A stretch of DNA of 64,000 nt from a candidate division FCPU426 bacterium (GTDB taxonomy: Bacteria > Oederibacteriota > Muellerivitia > Muellerivitales > Muellerivitaceae), in contig CAVRAL010000004.1 of assembly GCA_963719085.1 (NCBI GenBank), forward strand, positions 928,001 through 992,000, read 5' to 3'. A program made the translations under genes and the position numbers. Under the pieces are notes generated by a model, which saw only the letters and a program-made list of their open reading frames with translations, was not told the origin of the DNA and made no database searches. Position 1 is the stretch's first letter. Each line of letters begins with the position of its first letter. Shown one piece after another: positions 29,705 to 40,647 of this stretch.

Positions 29705-30646
29705 TTAAACTGGGATGACTAAACCTTCGTACGCGGCGATGGAATTGGTGAAGAGCTTTTTGGCGGCTTCTTCCTTCTTGGCGATGGCCGCGTCATCGTG
29801 GTTGGGGTCGTGATGGTAAAGCACCAGCTGTTTCACGCCGGCTTCTTTGGCCACGTGGGTCGCCATCTCCACTGTGGAGTGGCCAAACCCTTGCAAAGGC
29901 ATGGGCCCGGCGTATTGGTCGGCGAAATACTGGGTGTCGTGGATCAAAAGATCCGCGCCCTTGGAGAAATTGATCAGCCGCCGGTCCCCGTCCACATAGC
30001 CCTCAATGTCGGTGGCGTAAACAATCGATTTGCCGGCGTACTGCAGTTTATAAACCAAGGTTCCATTCTTCGGGTGCGAGTAGCTGCGGTACTGGCTGAT
30101 GATCACCTTGTCTTTGAAGGAAAGCTTGGTATCGGTCTGCAAATTGGCCAATTCGGGCTCGCCCACGCCTTCGCCTAAGAAAATTTGGTCGAAGGGTTTC
30201 AGGGTATGGATGCTCTTGATCGAGTTGGTTTCCTTGAGGTCGATCGGGAAAAACATCTGGTCCATCATCATCTCCAGCACATGTTCCAAGCTGGATTCCA
30301 TGGCGTGTTGGACCGGGGCGTAAATCGAGGGACCGTAAATATAGAGGGAAGAATCCGGCAGGTACAGGGGCGGAAAAAAGGGAAGACCCATAATGTGATC
30401 ATGATGGGTATGGGAAATAAGGACGGTTGTGGAAAGGCGCTTGACCTTTTCCTTGTTGGCGAAAAAATTACGGGCGATCTGCTGGCCGGCGGAGACAATG
30501 CCGGTGCCCGCGTCCAAAAAGATCGTGTGATCCAAGACATTGACTTGCACGCAGGAAGAGTTGCCGCCGATTTTCAGCGTGGAAGGTCCCGGAACCGGAA
30601 TGCTGCCCCGGACCCCCCGAAAAGTGATGGTGAAGTCGTGTGCCAT
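29705..30646 (-). CDS. MBL-fold metallo-hydrolase
   Basis: GVRGSIP, LDAGTG, SHTHHDH, HDTQY, GHST, YHHDP. Confidence 0.92.
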   Translation of the reverse strand: MAHDFTITFRGVRGSIPVPGPSTLKIGGNSSCVQVNVLDHTIFLDAGTGIVSAGQQIARNFFANKEKVKRLSTTVLISHTHHDHIMGLPFFPPLYLPDSSLYIYGPSIYAPVQHAMESSLEHVLEMMMDQMFFPIDLKETNSIKSIHTLKPFDQIFLGEGVGEPELANLQTDTKLSFKDKVIISQYRSYSHPKNGTLVYKLQYAGKSIVYATDIEGYVDGDRRLINFSKGADLLIHDTQYFADQYAGPMPLQGFGHSTVEMATHVAKEAGVKQLVLYHHDPNHDDAAIAKKEEAAKKLFTNSIAAYEGLVIPV

Positions 30647-30723
30647 GGGGCTCCTGGGGTGGAATTGCTAACCTAAACTCCCGTTATTATTTCTGAAAAA
30701 AGGGGGTTTTTCAACGAAGAACG

Positions 30724-30972
30724 TCAGGGTTCCCAGAGCGCCCGGGGGCCGCATTGGGGGCATTGGGGCGCCAGATTGCCCGCTTTTAAATAAACGCTGA
30801 CGGTCCGGTTCTCCGCCGCGCAGGTGACGCACAAGTGGGGGCCGGTGTAAAGCAGGCTTTCCCCGGGCTTCCGGGCGGAAATATCGATGTTCATTTTGGC
30901 CGACTTTTTTCCCAAGGCCAGGGAAGGGTCGGCGTCCGGGTTTAAGGGTGTTCCGGAGGGTAAGGTTTCCAT
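30724..30972 (-). CDS. Small zinc-ribbon-like hypothetical protein
   Basis: 82 aa with CVTC...CPQC. Confidence 0.6.
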   Translation of the reverse strand: METLPSGTPLNPDADPSLALGKKSAKMNIDISARKPGESLLYTGPHLCVTCAAENRTVSVYLKAGNLAPQCPQCGPRALWEP

Positions 30973-31201
30973 GGAATTGTTTTACGGCATTTGCCCGCGC
31001 TTTTCAATCAATCCGACGCGCCGGCTGGCGCGACGACGGCGAAAAAAAGAGGGGCGGGCCGGCTTAAGTGAAGTAAAATTTGGGACGGCTTTTAACCCGC
31101 CCCTTCCTGATCCGTCAGGAATTTGGGTTTATCCGAAAATGGCGGAGAGGCTTGCCATTTTCAAAAGTTAATGATTAAACCACGCGTCTTAAGGAGAAAC
31201 C

Positions 31202-31816
31202 ATGCTGGATCTATTTTTAAAGGGCGGCCCGGTGATGTGGCCCCTGCTTTTACTTTCGATATTGGTCTTAGGCGTGGTATTGGACCGGCTTTGGTTCTTC
31301 TTCCGGGAAAAAAACTCGAGAAATCCCCAGGCCTCCGAGCTGGTTTGGACTTTGGTGGAGAAACACGAATTCAACTCGGCGGCCGTGGAAGGCTTAAAGT
31401 CGAACGATTATGTTTTGAGGATTTTGGCCTACGCCCTGGAGCATCGAAGCCAGGGATTGGCCAATGCCCTGCTCCAAGCCTCGAACCGGGAACTCAAGCG
31501 CTTTTCCAAGGGGCTGGTGCTTTTGGATACCAGCATCACCCTGGCGCCTTTTTTAGGGTTGCTCGGAACCGTGGTGGGGCTCATCCGTTCCTTCGGCCTT
31601 TTGGGCGACGACCAACTACAGTCGCCCTCGGTCTTGACCGGCGGCATCGCCCAGGCCTTGATCGCCACCGCCTTCGGGCTTTGCATCGCCATCGTGGCGC
31701 TGGTCCCCTTTAATTATCTTCAGGCCCAGGTGGAAGAAGCCCGCCACGAGATTGAGGACAACGCCACCCAGCTGGAACTGGCGCTTCAAAAGCCGGGATT
31801 CTTTCCGCCGCTATGA
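31202..31816 (+). CDS. exbB: MotA/TolQ/ExbB proton channel
   Basis: GGPVMWPL, APFLGLLGTV, GIAQALIATAFGL. Confidence 0.9.
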   Translation: MLDLFLKGGPVMWPLLLLSILVLGVVLDRLWFFFREKNSRNPQASELVWTLVEKHEFNSAAVEGLKSNDYVLRILAYALEHRSQGLANALLQASNRELKRFSKGLVLLDTSITLAPFLGLLGTVVGLIRSFGLLGDDQLQSPSVLTGGIAQALIATAFGLCIAIVALVPFNYLQAQVEEARHEIEDNATQLELALQKPGFFPPL

Positions 31817-32235
31817 GGATTCCGTCTCCCTTCCCAAGAAAACGCGCCCGGCTCGAGATCATCCCCTTGATCGACATCATGTTTTTTCTTTTGGCCACCT
31901 TCATCATGGTGTCCTTGTCCATGATCCAAAATAAGGGGCTGGTGGTGAACCTGCCGGGCGCGGCCGCCGCCACGACCCAGCCCCAAACCCCTTCGGTTAC
32001 GCTCAGCCTCTCGGCGGCGGGCCGGCTTTATTGGAACAAGCAAATGATCGATTTCAATGAGTTGAAATTAAGGCTCCAAGGGCTGAAGGCGACCGACCCG
32101 GACCCGAAAGTTTTCATCCACGCCGACGCGAAGGCCGATTACGGGGATGTGGTCCAGATCCTCGATGGGTTGCGGGAAGCGGGCATTCAGAAAGTGGCTT
32201 TGCGCACCAAGGCCCGCGAGCCCCTGTCGCCATGA
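31813..32235 (+). CDS. exbD: Biopolymer transport protein ExbD
   Basis: IIPLIDIMFFLLATF; ATGA coupling to exbB. Confidence 0.9.
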   Translation: MRIPSPFPRKRARLEIIPLIDIMFFLLATFIMVSLSMIQNKGLVVNLPGAAAATTQPQTPSVTLSLSAAGRLYWNKQMIDFNELKLRLQGLKATDPDPKVFIHADAKADYGDVVQILDGLREAGIQKVALRTKAREPLSP

Positions 32236-32783
32236 GCCTCCTGGGAGTGGACGCGCGCTTTCTTTTGGCCGCGGCGGTTTTGCACGCGCTGGTTTTGTGG
32301 GCCGGAAATTTCGGCGGCCAAAGGGCCCAATATGGAATCGCCGCTTCCGTCGGATCCTCGGCGGTTCAGCCGGCCCCCCTGAAGCCGGAAGAATCGGATA
32401 ATTTAACTCTGGACTTAAGCGATCAGGCTTGGGACGCGCCGCGCCGAAGGCAAAGGCCCGCGCCTCGGGCGGCTCAGCCGATTGGCACGGGGGAGACTAA
32501 AGAATCCCCTGGATACCTGCTGAATCCCCATCCGCCTTATCCGGAAGAAGCCCGCCAGCTTCGCCAAGCCGGACAGGTCCTTTTAAGGGTGAAGGTCGAC
32601 GACCAAGGAGCGGTGGAATCCGTGGAGCTGGCGAAAAGCTCCGGTTATCCTTTGCTCGACGAGTCGGCGCTTAAAACCGTGGAAAGTGAGTGGAAATTTC
32701 AACCCGCCCGTTTGGCCGGGGTGGCCGTGTCGTCCACCGTGGATGTGCCGATTGTTTTCAGCCTGACGGACGGAGCCCCTTAG
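32232..32783 (+). CDS. tonB: Energy transducer TonB
   Basis: N-terminal TM with His, PPYPEEAR, SSGYPLLD, WKFQPA. Confidence 0.88.
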   Translation: MSLLGVDARFLLAAAVLHALVLWAGNFGGQRAQYGIAASVGSSAVQPAPLKPEESDNLTLDLSDQAWDAPRRRQRPAPRAAQPIGTGETKESPGYLLNPHPPYPEEARQLRQAGQVLLRVKVDDQGAVESVELAKSSGYPLLDESALKTVESEWKFQPARLAGVAVSSTVDVPIVFSLTDGAP

Positions 32784-32788
32784 CGCGT

Positions 32789-32826
32789 AAAAAAAGCCCC
32801 GGCCTTTTTTAAAGACCGGGGCTTTT
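32789..32826. terminator. Bidirectional terminator between tonB and aconitase
   Basis: A-tract-GCCCCGG...CCGGGGC-TTTT. Confidence 0.8.
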
Positions 32827-32856
32827 GATTATCCAACGCGACTTTAGAAAATGGGG

Positions 32857-34842
32857 TTATTTCTTGGCTTTGGCCTTAGGCTTGGCCGCCGCTCCCGCGG
32901 GAGCCGCGCTTTGCTGCTTGGTCCAATTGAGCAGGCCCCCCGCCGTGATAATTTCTTTCTGCCGCTCGGTCAAGCCATGGGTGACTTGGAGGGTCTTGCC
33001 CGTGGTCAGGTTTTTCAGCGGGAAAGGATGATCGGCCTTCATGACCTGCTTGAGGTCGGGAACCTCGATTTGGTCGCCTTGGGAGATGGCCTCGTAATCG
33101 GCCGCCTGGATGAAGGTCAAGGGCAGGATGCCGAAGTTGATGAGATTGGCCCGGTGGATCCGCGCGAAGCTCTTTACCAGCACCGCCCGCAGGCCCAAAT
33201 ACATGGGCGCCAGGGCCGCGTGTTCCCGGGACGATCCTTGGCCGTAATTGTCGCCGCCCACGACGAACCCGCCGCCCAGTTCTTTGGCGCGCTTCGGGAA
33301 AGTGGGATCGATGATGTTAAACACGAATTCCGAGATGGCCGGGATATTCGAGCGCAAGGGAAGCACCTTGGATCCCGCCGGCATAATGTGGTCGGTGGTG
33401 ATATTGTCGCCCACCTTCAAAAGCACCGGGCCTTCCAGTTTTTCGCTCAAGGCTTCTTTAATCGGCAGCGGTTTGATGTTGGGGCCGCGGACGACCTCCA
33501 CTTTTTTCGGGTCCTTCGCGGGCGGGATGATGCCGTCATCGTCCCAGGTAAACTTGTCGGGCACCTCGACTTTGGGCGGTTTGCCCAAGCTGCGGGGGTC
33601 GGTGATTTTGCCGGTCAAGGCGCAAGCCACGCAAACTTCCGGTGAGGTCAAATAAACCTTGGCGTCCCGGGTTCCCGAGCGGCCCTCGAAATTACGGTTG
33701 AAACTGCGGATGGAAACGGCTCCCGAGGACGGCGCCTGTCCCATGCCGATGCAGGGCCCGCAAGCGGACTCGATGATGCGCGCGCCCGAGGCGATGATAT
33801 CGGCCAAGGCGCCGTTTTTAGCGATCATCTCGAAAACTTGCTTGGAACCGGGGGTAACCGTCATGGACACGTTGGGGTGGATATGTTTGCCCTTGAGCAT
33901 CTTGGCCACCATCATCAGGTCGCGGTAAGAGCTGTTGGTGCAGGAACCTACGCAAACCTGTTGGACATCGATGTTCTTGAGCTTCGCTACCTCAATCACG
34001 TTGTCCGGGCTGTGGGGCTGGGCGATCAGGGGCTCAAGCTTGTTCAAGTCGATGATGAGTTCCTCATCATAAGTAGCGCCCGTATCGGCGGCTAAGGGCG
34101 CCCAATCTTTGCCCCGGCCTTGGGCCTTCATATACTCCCGGGTGTTCTCATCCGAAGGGAAGACGGAGGTGGTGGCCCCCAGCTCGGCCCCCATATTGGT
34201 GATGGTGGCTCGCTCCGTGGCCGACAGGCTTTTCACGCCTTGGCCCGTATATTCCAAAATTTTTCCCACGCCGCCCTTGACCGTCAGTTGGCGCAAAACT
34301 TCCAGGATGACATCCTTGGCGGTGACCCAAGGCTGAAGCTTGCCCTTGAGCTCCACGCGAAGCACCTTCGGCATGGTCATATAGAAGGGGCCGCCGCCCA
34401 TGGCGACCGCCACGTCCAAACCGCCGGCGCCGATGGCAAGCTCGCCCAAACCGCCGCAAGTGGGGGTATGGGAATCGGAGCCTAAAAGGGTCATGCCGGG
34501 AACCGCGAAGCGTTCCAAATGAACCTGATGGCAGATGCCGTTGCCGGGCCGGGAGAAATAGATGCCGTGTTTGGCGGCCACCGACTGCAGGTAGCGGTGG
34601 TCATCGGCGTTCTCAAAGCCGGTTTGGAGCATATTGTGGTCCACGTAAGAAACCGAGAGTTTGGTTTGGACCTGGGGAACGCCAATGGCCTCAAACTGAA
34701 GGTAGGCCATCGTGCCGGTGGCGTCTTGAGTCAAGGTTTGGTCAATCTTGATGCCGACTTCCTCGCCGGCGATGGGTTTGCCCGAAACCAGGTGGGCCTG
34801 AATAATCTTTTGAACTAAATTCAACCGGGGAGTGGCAGCCAT
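32857..34842 (-). CDS. Aconitate hydratase (short, Aquifex-type)
   Basis: LTQDATG, GSDSHT, GSCTN, CGPCIGMG, NRNFEGR, TTDHI, YGQGSSREHA. Confidence 0.93.
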   Translation of the reverse strand: MAATPRLNLVQKIIQAHLVSGKPIAGEEVGIKIDQTLTQDATGTMAYLQFEAIGVPQVQTKLSVSYVDHNMLQTGFENADDHRYLQSVAAKHGIYFSRPGNGICHQVHLERFAVPGMTLLGSDSHTPTCGGLGELAIGAGGLDVAVAMGGGPFYMTMPKVLRVELKGKLQPWVTAKDVILEVLRQLTVKGGVGKILEYTGQGVKSLSATERATITNMGAELGATTSVFPSDENTREYMKAQGRGKDWAPLAADTGATYDEELIIDLNKLEPLIAQPHSPDNVIEVAKLKNIDVQQVCVGSCTNSSYRDLMMVAKMLKGKHIHPNVSMTVTPGSKQVFEMIAKNGALADIIASGARIIESACGPCIGMGQAPSSGAVSIRSFNRNFEGRSGTRDAKVYLTSPEVCVACALTGKITDPRSLGKPPKVEVPDKFTWDDDGIIPPAKDPKKVEVVRGPNIKPLPIKEALSEKLEGPVLLKVGDNITTDHIMPAGSKVLPLRSNIPAISEFVFNIIDPTFPKRAKELGGGFVVGGDNYGQGSSREHAALAPMYLGLRAVLVKSFARIHRANLINFGILPLTFIQAADYEAISQGDQIEVPDLKQVMKADHPFPLKNLTTGKTLQVTHGLTERQKEIITAGGLLNWTKQQSAAPAGAAAKPKAKAKK

Positions 34843-35038
34843 GGACAGCCTCCATCGTTAATTTCTGAATCTAAGGATTATTCGTCAAGAAAGGAACGTT
34901 CCTATTATGGGAGGGGCCCTTTGACGAATTCAACCCAAAAGCCCCGGCTGGTTCTTGAATTTGGCCCTTAAAATCCCCAAACTAACCCCGGTGAGCCGTT
35001 TTCACGCCTGTTTTTCAAATGAATCCTAAGGAAATTCC

Positions 35039-35260
35039 ATGGCCCAAGCCCTTTTCAAAATAAAAGGAATGACCTGCAATCATTGCGTTCAAACCCTGCA
35101 ATCGGTTTTAACCCAAGTGCCGGGGGTGAAAGAGGCTGTGGTGAGTTTAAAGGACCACCAAGCGACCCTCCTATATGAGGGTCAATTGGAAGCTAAAGCC
35201 GTATTGGACGCGGTGGCCGAAGCCGGTTATGAAGCCGCTTTGGCTCAGACCCGGCCTTAA
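35039..35260 (+). CDS. copZ: Copper chaperone / HMA protein
   Basis: GMTCNHC, AGY. Confidence 0.85.
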   Translation: MAQALFKIKGMTCNHCVQTLQSVLTQVPGVKEAVVSLKDHQATLLYEGQLEAKAVLDAVAEAGYEAALAQTRP

Positions 35261-35302
35261 GGATTTAAAAGTTTTCTTTTGATTAAAGGACAACAAGACA
35301 TC

Positions 35303-37561
35303 ATGCCTTTGGTTTCCGAAAGCCCCGCGCGCGCCGCTTCCCCCGACCATCCGGTCATTCTTTCCATTGAGGGCATGACTTGCGCCTCCTGCGCGGCCCG
35401 AATTGAGCGAAAACTTAAAAGCACTCCCGGCGTGCGGGAAGCCAGCGTCAATTTCGCCTCCCAAAAAGCTTATGTGGGAATCGCGCCTGACTTCGGCGGC
35501 CTTCAAAGGCTGGAACAGGCTGTCGCGGCGGCGGGCTATGGGGCGAAGGTCTATCATCCCAACCAGGAGAACCGTCCCTCTTTTTCCTTCCGGCAGGAAG
35601 AACACCGGCTGAGGAAGCGGCTGATCGTCGGGGCGGTTTTTACCCTGCCCTTTTTAGTCAATCACGCGGTTGGAATGTTTGGCCCCTTTGAGCTGCCGGT
35701 CATTCTCCAATTCGCCTTGGCTTTGCCCGTTTATTTTGTGACCGGGTGGGGGTTTCACCGATCGGCCCTCAACCGCCTTCGGCATGGGGAGGTGACCATG
35801 GACACGCTGGTGTCGCTGGGGTCCACCGTGGCTTTCGCCGCGTCCTTGCCGGCTTTGGCGGGCGGGCACGCTTCCGCGCCGGTTTATTTTGACGCCGCCT
35901 CCCTCATTCTTTTTTTCGTGGCCTTGGGCCGTTACCTGGAAAGCATGACCAAACGCCGGGCGGGAAACGCGCTGGAACTTTTAATGGACCTGCGGCCCCA
36001 ATCGGCCCATATCTTAAAAACCAGTTATCAAGTCGACGTCCCTTTGGAAGCCGTGGGGCCGGGCGATCTTCTTTATGTCCGGCCCGGGGAACAGATCCCG
36101 GTCGACGGTGAGGTGGTGGAAGGCAAGGGCTGGGTGGATGAGTCGCTGTTAACGGGCGAATCCGCTCCCGTGGAAAAACGCCCGGGCCGGCCCGTTTACG
36201 GCGGAACCTTGAACGGTCAAACTCCCTTGACCTTGCGGGTGGAACAAGTGGGGGAAGAAAGCGCGCTGGGCCGGCTCATCCAGTTGGTGGAAGAAGCGCA
36301 AGGGTCCAAGGCGCCCATTCAAGTTTTGGCTGACCGCGCGGCGCTTGTCTTTGTGCCGGCGGTTCTTCTGATAGCCCTGGCCACCTTTCTCGGATGGGTT
36401 TTTCTCGCGGGCGCGCCTTGGAGCCGCGCGCTGGAGCAGGCGGTTTCAGTTTTGGTCATCGCCTGTCCCTGCGCGTTGGGGTTGGCCACGCCGGTGGCGC
36501 TCATGGCGGGCGTGGGTATCGCGGCGCGCCGGGGCATCCTGATCCGCCGGGCGGAAGTTTTGGAGAAGTCCGAAAGCCTTCAAGATTTGGTTTTCGACAA
36601 GACCGGAACCTTGACCGAAGGCCGCCCCCGGCTGGTCGATCTTTTGGTGACCGAGGGGTGGAGCGAGGAAAAAGTTTTGCGTTACGCCGGCGCGTTAGAA
36701 AAAGGGGTGAACCATCCCCTGGCCGCGGCGGTTTTGCGGGAGGCCATGCTGCTCGATCTGGTTTTGCCGGCCACGGAAAACGTGACCGAGGTGCCGGGGG
36801 CTGGCGTGAAAGGCTGGGTGGAGGGACATCAAGTGGCGGTGGGGACCAAGGCTTTTGTGGAATCGATCGAGGGCGTGATTCCCTCGCCGCAGGTTCGCGC
36901 CAACGCGGAAGCCTACCGGCAAGCGGGCCAAACAGTTTCGCTGATGGCCATCGAGGGGCAAGTCGTGGGGGTTTTCGCCATGGAAGACCCGGTGCGGCTT
37001 CGCGCCAAGGAAGTGGTGGGAGAGCTTAAAAAATTGGGGCTTCAAACCCATCTATTGACCGGCGACGGACCGGTCGTGGCGGCGCGGGTGGCGGCGCGGG
37101 TGGGCGTGGACGCCTTTCAGGCATCGGTGAGCCCCGCTGAAAAATTGGACTATGTGCGAAAACTCCAGGCCGAGGGAAAAAAAGTGGCCATGGTGGGCGA
37201 CGGTTATAACGACGCGCCGGCTTTGGCGGCGGCGGATTTGGGGATCGCCATGGGCTCGGGTACGGACGTGGCCAAGGCCTCCTCGGACATTATTCTTTTG
37301 CACGGGGAAATGGAAAAGGTGGTGGAAGCCCTGACCCTTTGCCGGCAAACCATGCGGGTCATCCGGCAAAATCTTTTTTGGGCTTTTGGTTACAACTTAA
37401 TGGCCCTGCCCTTGGCCATTTTCGCGAAGGTGCCGCCCTCGCTGGCGGCGCTGGCCATGGCGCTGTCCTCGCTTTCGGTGGTCTTGAACGCCTTAAGACT
37501 TTATCGGATTCCCGCCGGGCCCCGGCCGGAGATTTCGGAGGATTTCAGCCCCGCTTCTTGA
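35303..37561 (+). CDS. copA: P1B-1 Cu(I)-translocating ATPase
   Basis: GMTCASC, TGES, CPC, DKTGT, HP, GDGYND, YN and MALSS TM motifs. Confidence 0.9.
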   Translation: MPLVSESPARAASPDHPVILSIEGMTCASCAARIERKLKSTPGVREASVNFASQKAYVGIAPDFGGLQRLEQAVAAAGYGAKVYHPNQENRPSFSFRQEEHRLRKRLIVGAVFTLPFLVNHAVGMFGPFELPVILQFALALPVYFVTGWGFHRSALNRLRHGEVTMDTLVSLGSTVAFAASLPALAGGHASAPVYFDAASLILFFVALGRYLESMTKRRAGNALELLMDLRPQSAHILKTSYQVDVPLEAVGPGDLLYVRPGEQIPVDGEVVEGKGWVDESLLTGESAPVEKRPGRPVYGGTLNGQTPLTLRVEQVGEESALGRLIQLVEEAQGSKAPIQVLADRAALVFVPAVLLIALATFLGWVFLAGAPWSRALEQAVSVLVIACPCALGLATPVALMAGVGIAARRGILIRRAEVLEKSESLQDLVFDKTGTLTEGRPRLVDLLVTEGWSEEKVLRYAGALEKGVNHPLAAAVLREAMLLDLVLPATENVTEVPGAGVKGWVEGHQVAVGTKAFVESIEGVIPSPQVRANAEAYRQAGQTVSLMAIEGQVVGVFAMEDPVRLRAKEVVGELKKLGLQTHLLTGDGPVVAARVAARVGVDAFQASVSPAEKLDYVRKLQAEGKKVAMVGDGYNDAPALAAADLGIAMGSGTDVAKASSDIILLHGEMEKVVEALTLCRQTMRVIRQNLFWAFGYNLMALPLAIFAKVPPSLAALAMALSSLSVVLNALRLYRIPAGPRPEISEDFSPAS

Positions 37562-37635
37562 CAGCCCCGGGAGGCCTTTTTATCCTACCTGCACTTCACC
37601 TCGTTGGTGAACCCATCCCTTGAGCGAGGTGTTCC

Positions 37636-38772
37636 ATGAAACGTTCCTTTTTAACGATTGGGTTATTTTTTGTGGCGGCGGGGTTTCTGACCTCCTGCGG
37701 CCCCAAGGTCAATCCCAATGAAATCGTGATCGGGGAATACGGCGCGCTCACGGGGGCCGCGGCCACTTTCGGCCAATCCAACCACGAGGGCGTGCTATTG
37801 GCGGTGGAAGAGATCAACGCCGCCGGAGGCATCAATGGAAAAACCTTAAGAGTGATCAGCCTGGATGATGAGGGCAAGCCCGAGGAAGCCGCCTTGGCGG
37901 TGACCAAACTGATCACCGAAGACAACGCCCAGGTCATCATCGGGGAAGTGGCCAGCTCCAATTCTTTGGCCGCGGCGCCCATCTGCCAACAGCACCAGAT
38001 CCCCATGATTTCTCCCTCGTCCACCAATGTCCAAGTCACCCAGGTGGGGGATTATATTTTCCGCATGTGCTTCATTGACCCCTTTCAAGGCCAGGTCATG
38101 GCGGATTTCGCCATGGGAAAACTCAAAGCCAAGACCGCCGCGGTGTTCCGGGACCAAAAGAGCGATTACAGCATGGGATTGGCCGACGCCTTCGTGAAGC
38201 GCTTTAAGGAGAAGGGCGGCGTGATTGTGACCGACCAGAGCTATGTCCAGGGGGACATCGACTTTAAGTCCCAGCTCACCACCATGCGGGGGAAGAAACC
38301 CAATGTTGTTTTCATCCCCGGCTACTACACCGAAGTGGCTTTGATCGCCAAGCAAGCCCGGGAATTGGGAGTCAAGGTTCCTCTGTTGGGGGGGGACGGC
38401 TGGGATTCCTCGAAACTTTTTGAGATCGGCGGAGCGGCTCTCGACGGCTGTTATTTCTCCAACCATTATTCGGCCACCGCGCCGGACCCCAAGGTGCAGG
38501 CTTTCGTGAAAAAATACCAAGAACACTATCAGCATATCCCGGATGGTTTGGGGACGCTGGCTTATGACGCCACCGGTTTTTTGGGGGTCGCGCTTAAAAG
38601 CGCCAAAAGTTTTTCCGGGCCGGATATCCGCGACGCTTTAGCCGGAGTGAAGAACTATCCTGGAGTGACGGGGACGATTACGCTGGACGCGAATCGCAAT
38701 CCCATTAAGTCGGCGGTGGTGTTGAAAATCGAGGATGGAAAAGCCGCGTATGTGACGACGGTCAAGCCTTAA
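37636..38772 (+). CDS. livK: Branched-chain amino acid ABC substrate-binding lipoprotein
   Basis: Lipobox LTSC; EINAAGGING, FRMCFID, GGDGW. Confidence 0.88.
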   Translation: MKRSFLTIGLFFVAAGFLTSCGPKVNPNEIVIGEYGALTGAAATFGQSNHEGVLLAVEEINAAGGINGKTLRVISLDDEGKPEEAALAVTKLITEDNAQVIIGEVASSNSLAAAPICQQHQIPMISPSSTNVQVTQVGDYIFRMCFIDPFQGQVMADFAMGKLKAKTAAVFRDQKSDYSMGLADAFVKRFKEKGGVIVTDQSYVQGDIDFKSQLTTMRGKKPNVVFIPGYYTEVALIAKQARELGVKVPLLGGDGWDSSKLFEIGGAALDGCYFSNHYSATAPDPKVQAFVKKYQEHYQHIPDGLGTLAYDATGFLGVALKSAKSFSGPDIRDALAGVKNYPGVTGTITLDANRNPIKSAVVLKIEDGKAAYVTTVKP

Positions 38773-39205
38773 AAGACGAAAAAAGCCACCCCAAGGGGAA
38801 GTAGGGTTGGTTTAAAAATCCACAAGCTGATTTCTTTTGATCGCGGGCGGCCTTTTTTCAAAAAACCGCACCCTTGTTGTCCGAAGTCCGCCCCGGCAGG
38901 TCTTGGCGGGCGCGCTGAATTGGTTGCCTTTCACCGCGGCCGATTCGATCATCGTGAATTCATTGAAAAACCCAGCGGTAGGCGTTTGGCTTGGGCCTTG
39001 CGGCCCCGCCCGAGGTCTGTTTTTTTTCGCGGTTGAGAGTGTGATCTTTTTTCACTGTCACGTTTTTTTTCGCCCGATTTTTGGGAGCCGCGGTTCTATT
39101 TTCCCCTTCCCGGGATTTTGAAACCACTTTACAAACTGTTTTCTTGAAAAGGCTTTTTGGTTTTGATTCTATAGAGGGGCTTGCCGACGACCACTGGAGG
39201 AGCCA

Positions 39206-40480
39206 ATGGCTAAAGGAACGCTCATGCACAAAACCAACCCCGGCTCATTCGACCTGCAGGAAGTCATCGATGGCGAGTTGATTGAATCCCATTTCCAACC
39301 GATCGTCTCGCTCAAGCGCAAACGGGTCGTGGGATACGAGGGCTTGAGCCGGGGCATTCATCCCGTGGATCAATCCCTGATCTCGCCGGTGGCCTTGTTC
39401 GTCGAAGCCGGCGTCCAGGGGCTTCAATTGGAACTGGACCGCCTCTGCCGCAAAAAGGCGATGGAAAGTTTCAGGTCCCTTCCCGGCAACGCCTCTGATT
39501 TTATTTTATCCCTGAACCTGGACGCTTCCGTGATGGACCAAGGCGCGGCGGGATCGGGCCATTTACGCAATCAGGTCATGGAAATGGGCCTCAATCCCAG
39601 TAATATCGCCATCGAGATCATTGAATCCAATGTAGACGACATGAAAGAGCTTCAAAAATTCGTCCACACCTACCGCGGTTACGGCTTTCTCATCGCCTTG
39701 GATGACGTGGGCGCGGGTCATTCCAACTTGAACCGGATTCCGCTTATCCGGCCCGACATCCTGAAAATCGACCGCTATTTGATCCAGGACATCCAAGGCG
39801 ATTTTTACAAGAAGGAAGTTTTGAAATCGCTTTTAAGCATGGCGCGGCACTTGGGCACCCTGATCATCGCCGAGGGGGTGGAAACCGAGGAAGAGTGTAT
39901 GACCTTGTTGGACATGGGCGTGGATATGATTCAGGGTTATTTTTTCGCCAAGCCCCTGCCGCCGGCCAAGCTCGACAACGCGGCGGTGCTCGATAAGGTG
40001 GAGCGCTTGGGAACGGCGTTTAAACAGAAGCTCATTCGCAAAATCGACCGCCGGCGCTTCAACATGGATAAGTATTATTCCATGATTTTGGAAATGCAGA
40101 TTGATTTGGAAAAAGCCCCTCCCGCGCAGTTTGACGCCCAGTTGGAAACCATGATCCTGAAATTTCCCCAGGCCGAGGCGCTTTATGTTTTGGATGAGAG
40201 CGGCCTGCAGGTAACCGAGACGGTGTTCGACCCGCGCGCCAAGACCCGGCGCAACCCGGTCATGTTCCATCCCGCGTTAAAGGGATCGGACCATACCTTG
40301 AAGGATTATTTTTATTTCCTGATGGAGGCCGATTTAGGGAAGGCGAGTTTCGTGACGGAGCCCTACCTGTCCATGGCCTCGGGCAACGTCTGCGTGACCT
40401 TGTCGGCGCTTTTCAAGGATTCGGAGCAGAAAAAGTACATTCTCTGCATCGACATCAGCACCGAAGGCCTATCGGTTTAA
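39206..40480 (+). CDS. EAL-domain protein with C-terminal PDC/YkuI-like domain
   Basis: FQPIV, YEGLSR, LDDVGAG, LKID, AEGVET, QGYFF; GGAGG SD. Confidence 0.9.
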   Translation: MAKGTLMHKTNPGSFDLQEVIDGELIESHFQPIVSLKRKRVVGYEGLSRGIHPVDQSLISPVALFVEAGVQGLQLELDRLCRKKAMESFRSLPGNASDFILSLNLDASVMDQGAAGSGHLRNQVMEMGLNPSNIAIEIIESNVDDMKELQKFVHTYRGYGFLIALDDVGAGHSNLNRIPLIRPDILKIDRYLIQDIQGDFYKKEVLKSLLSMARHLGTLIIAEGVETEEECMTLLDMGVDMIQGYFFAKPLPPAKLDNAAVLDKVERLGTAFKQKLIRKIDRRRFNMDKYYSMILEMQIDLEKAPPAQFDAQLETMILKFPQAEALYVLDESGLQVTETVFDPRAKTRRNPVMFHPALKGSDHTLKDYFYFLMEADLGKASFVTEPYLSMASGNVCVTLSALFKDSEQKKYILCIDISTEGLSV

Positions 40481-40647
40481 AAAAATCGGAATCATTCAAA
40501 TCGCAAAGCAAGACCGTCCAAACATTGATCGAGGCTGATAAGGCCCGATTTTTTCGCTTCAAATATCAGCCTTCATCGGGATTCATCATTGTTTCAAAAA
40601 CGGGCCTTGCTCGCTTTGTCAAAAGCATGGTTCCGAAACAAATTAAT

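Noticed and set aside
38900..39030. c-di-AMP or c-di-GMP riboswitch upstream of the EAL gene (CGCTGAAT...GTAGGCG followed by a hairpin and T-run)
   Set aside because: Core conserved elements of ydaO and GEMM motifs are not recognisable; cmscan would be needed.
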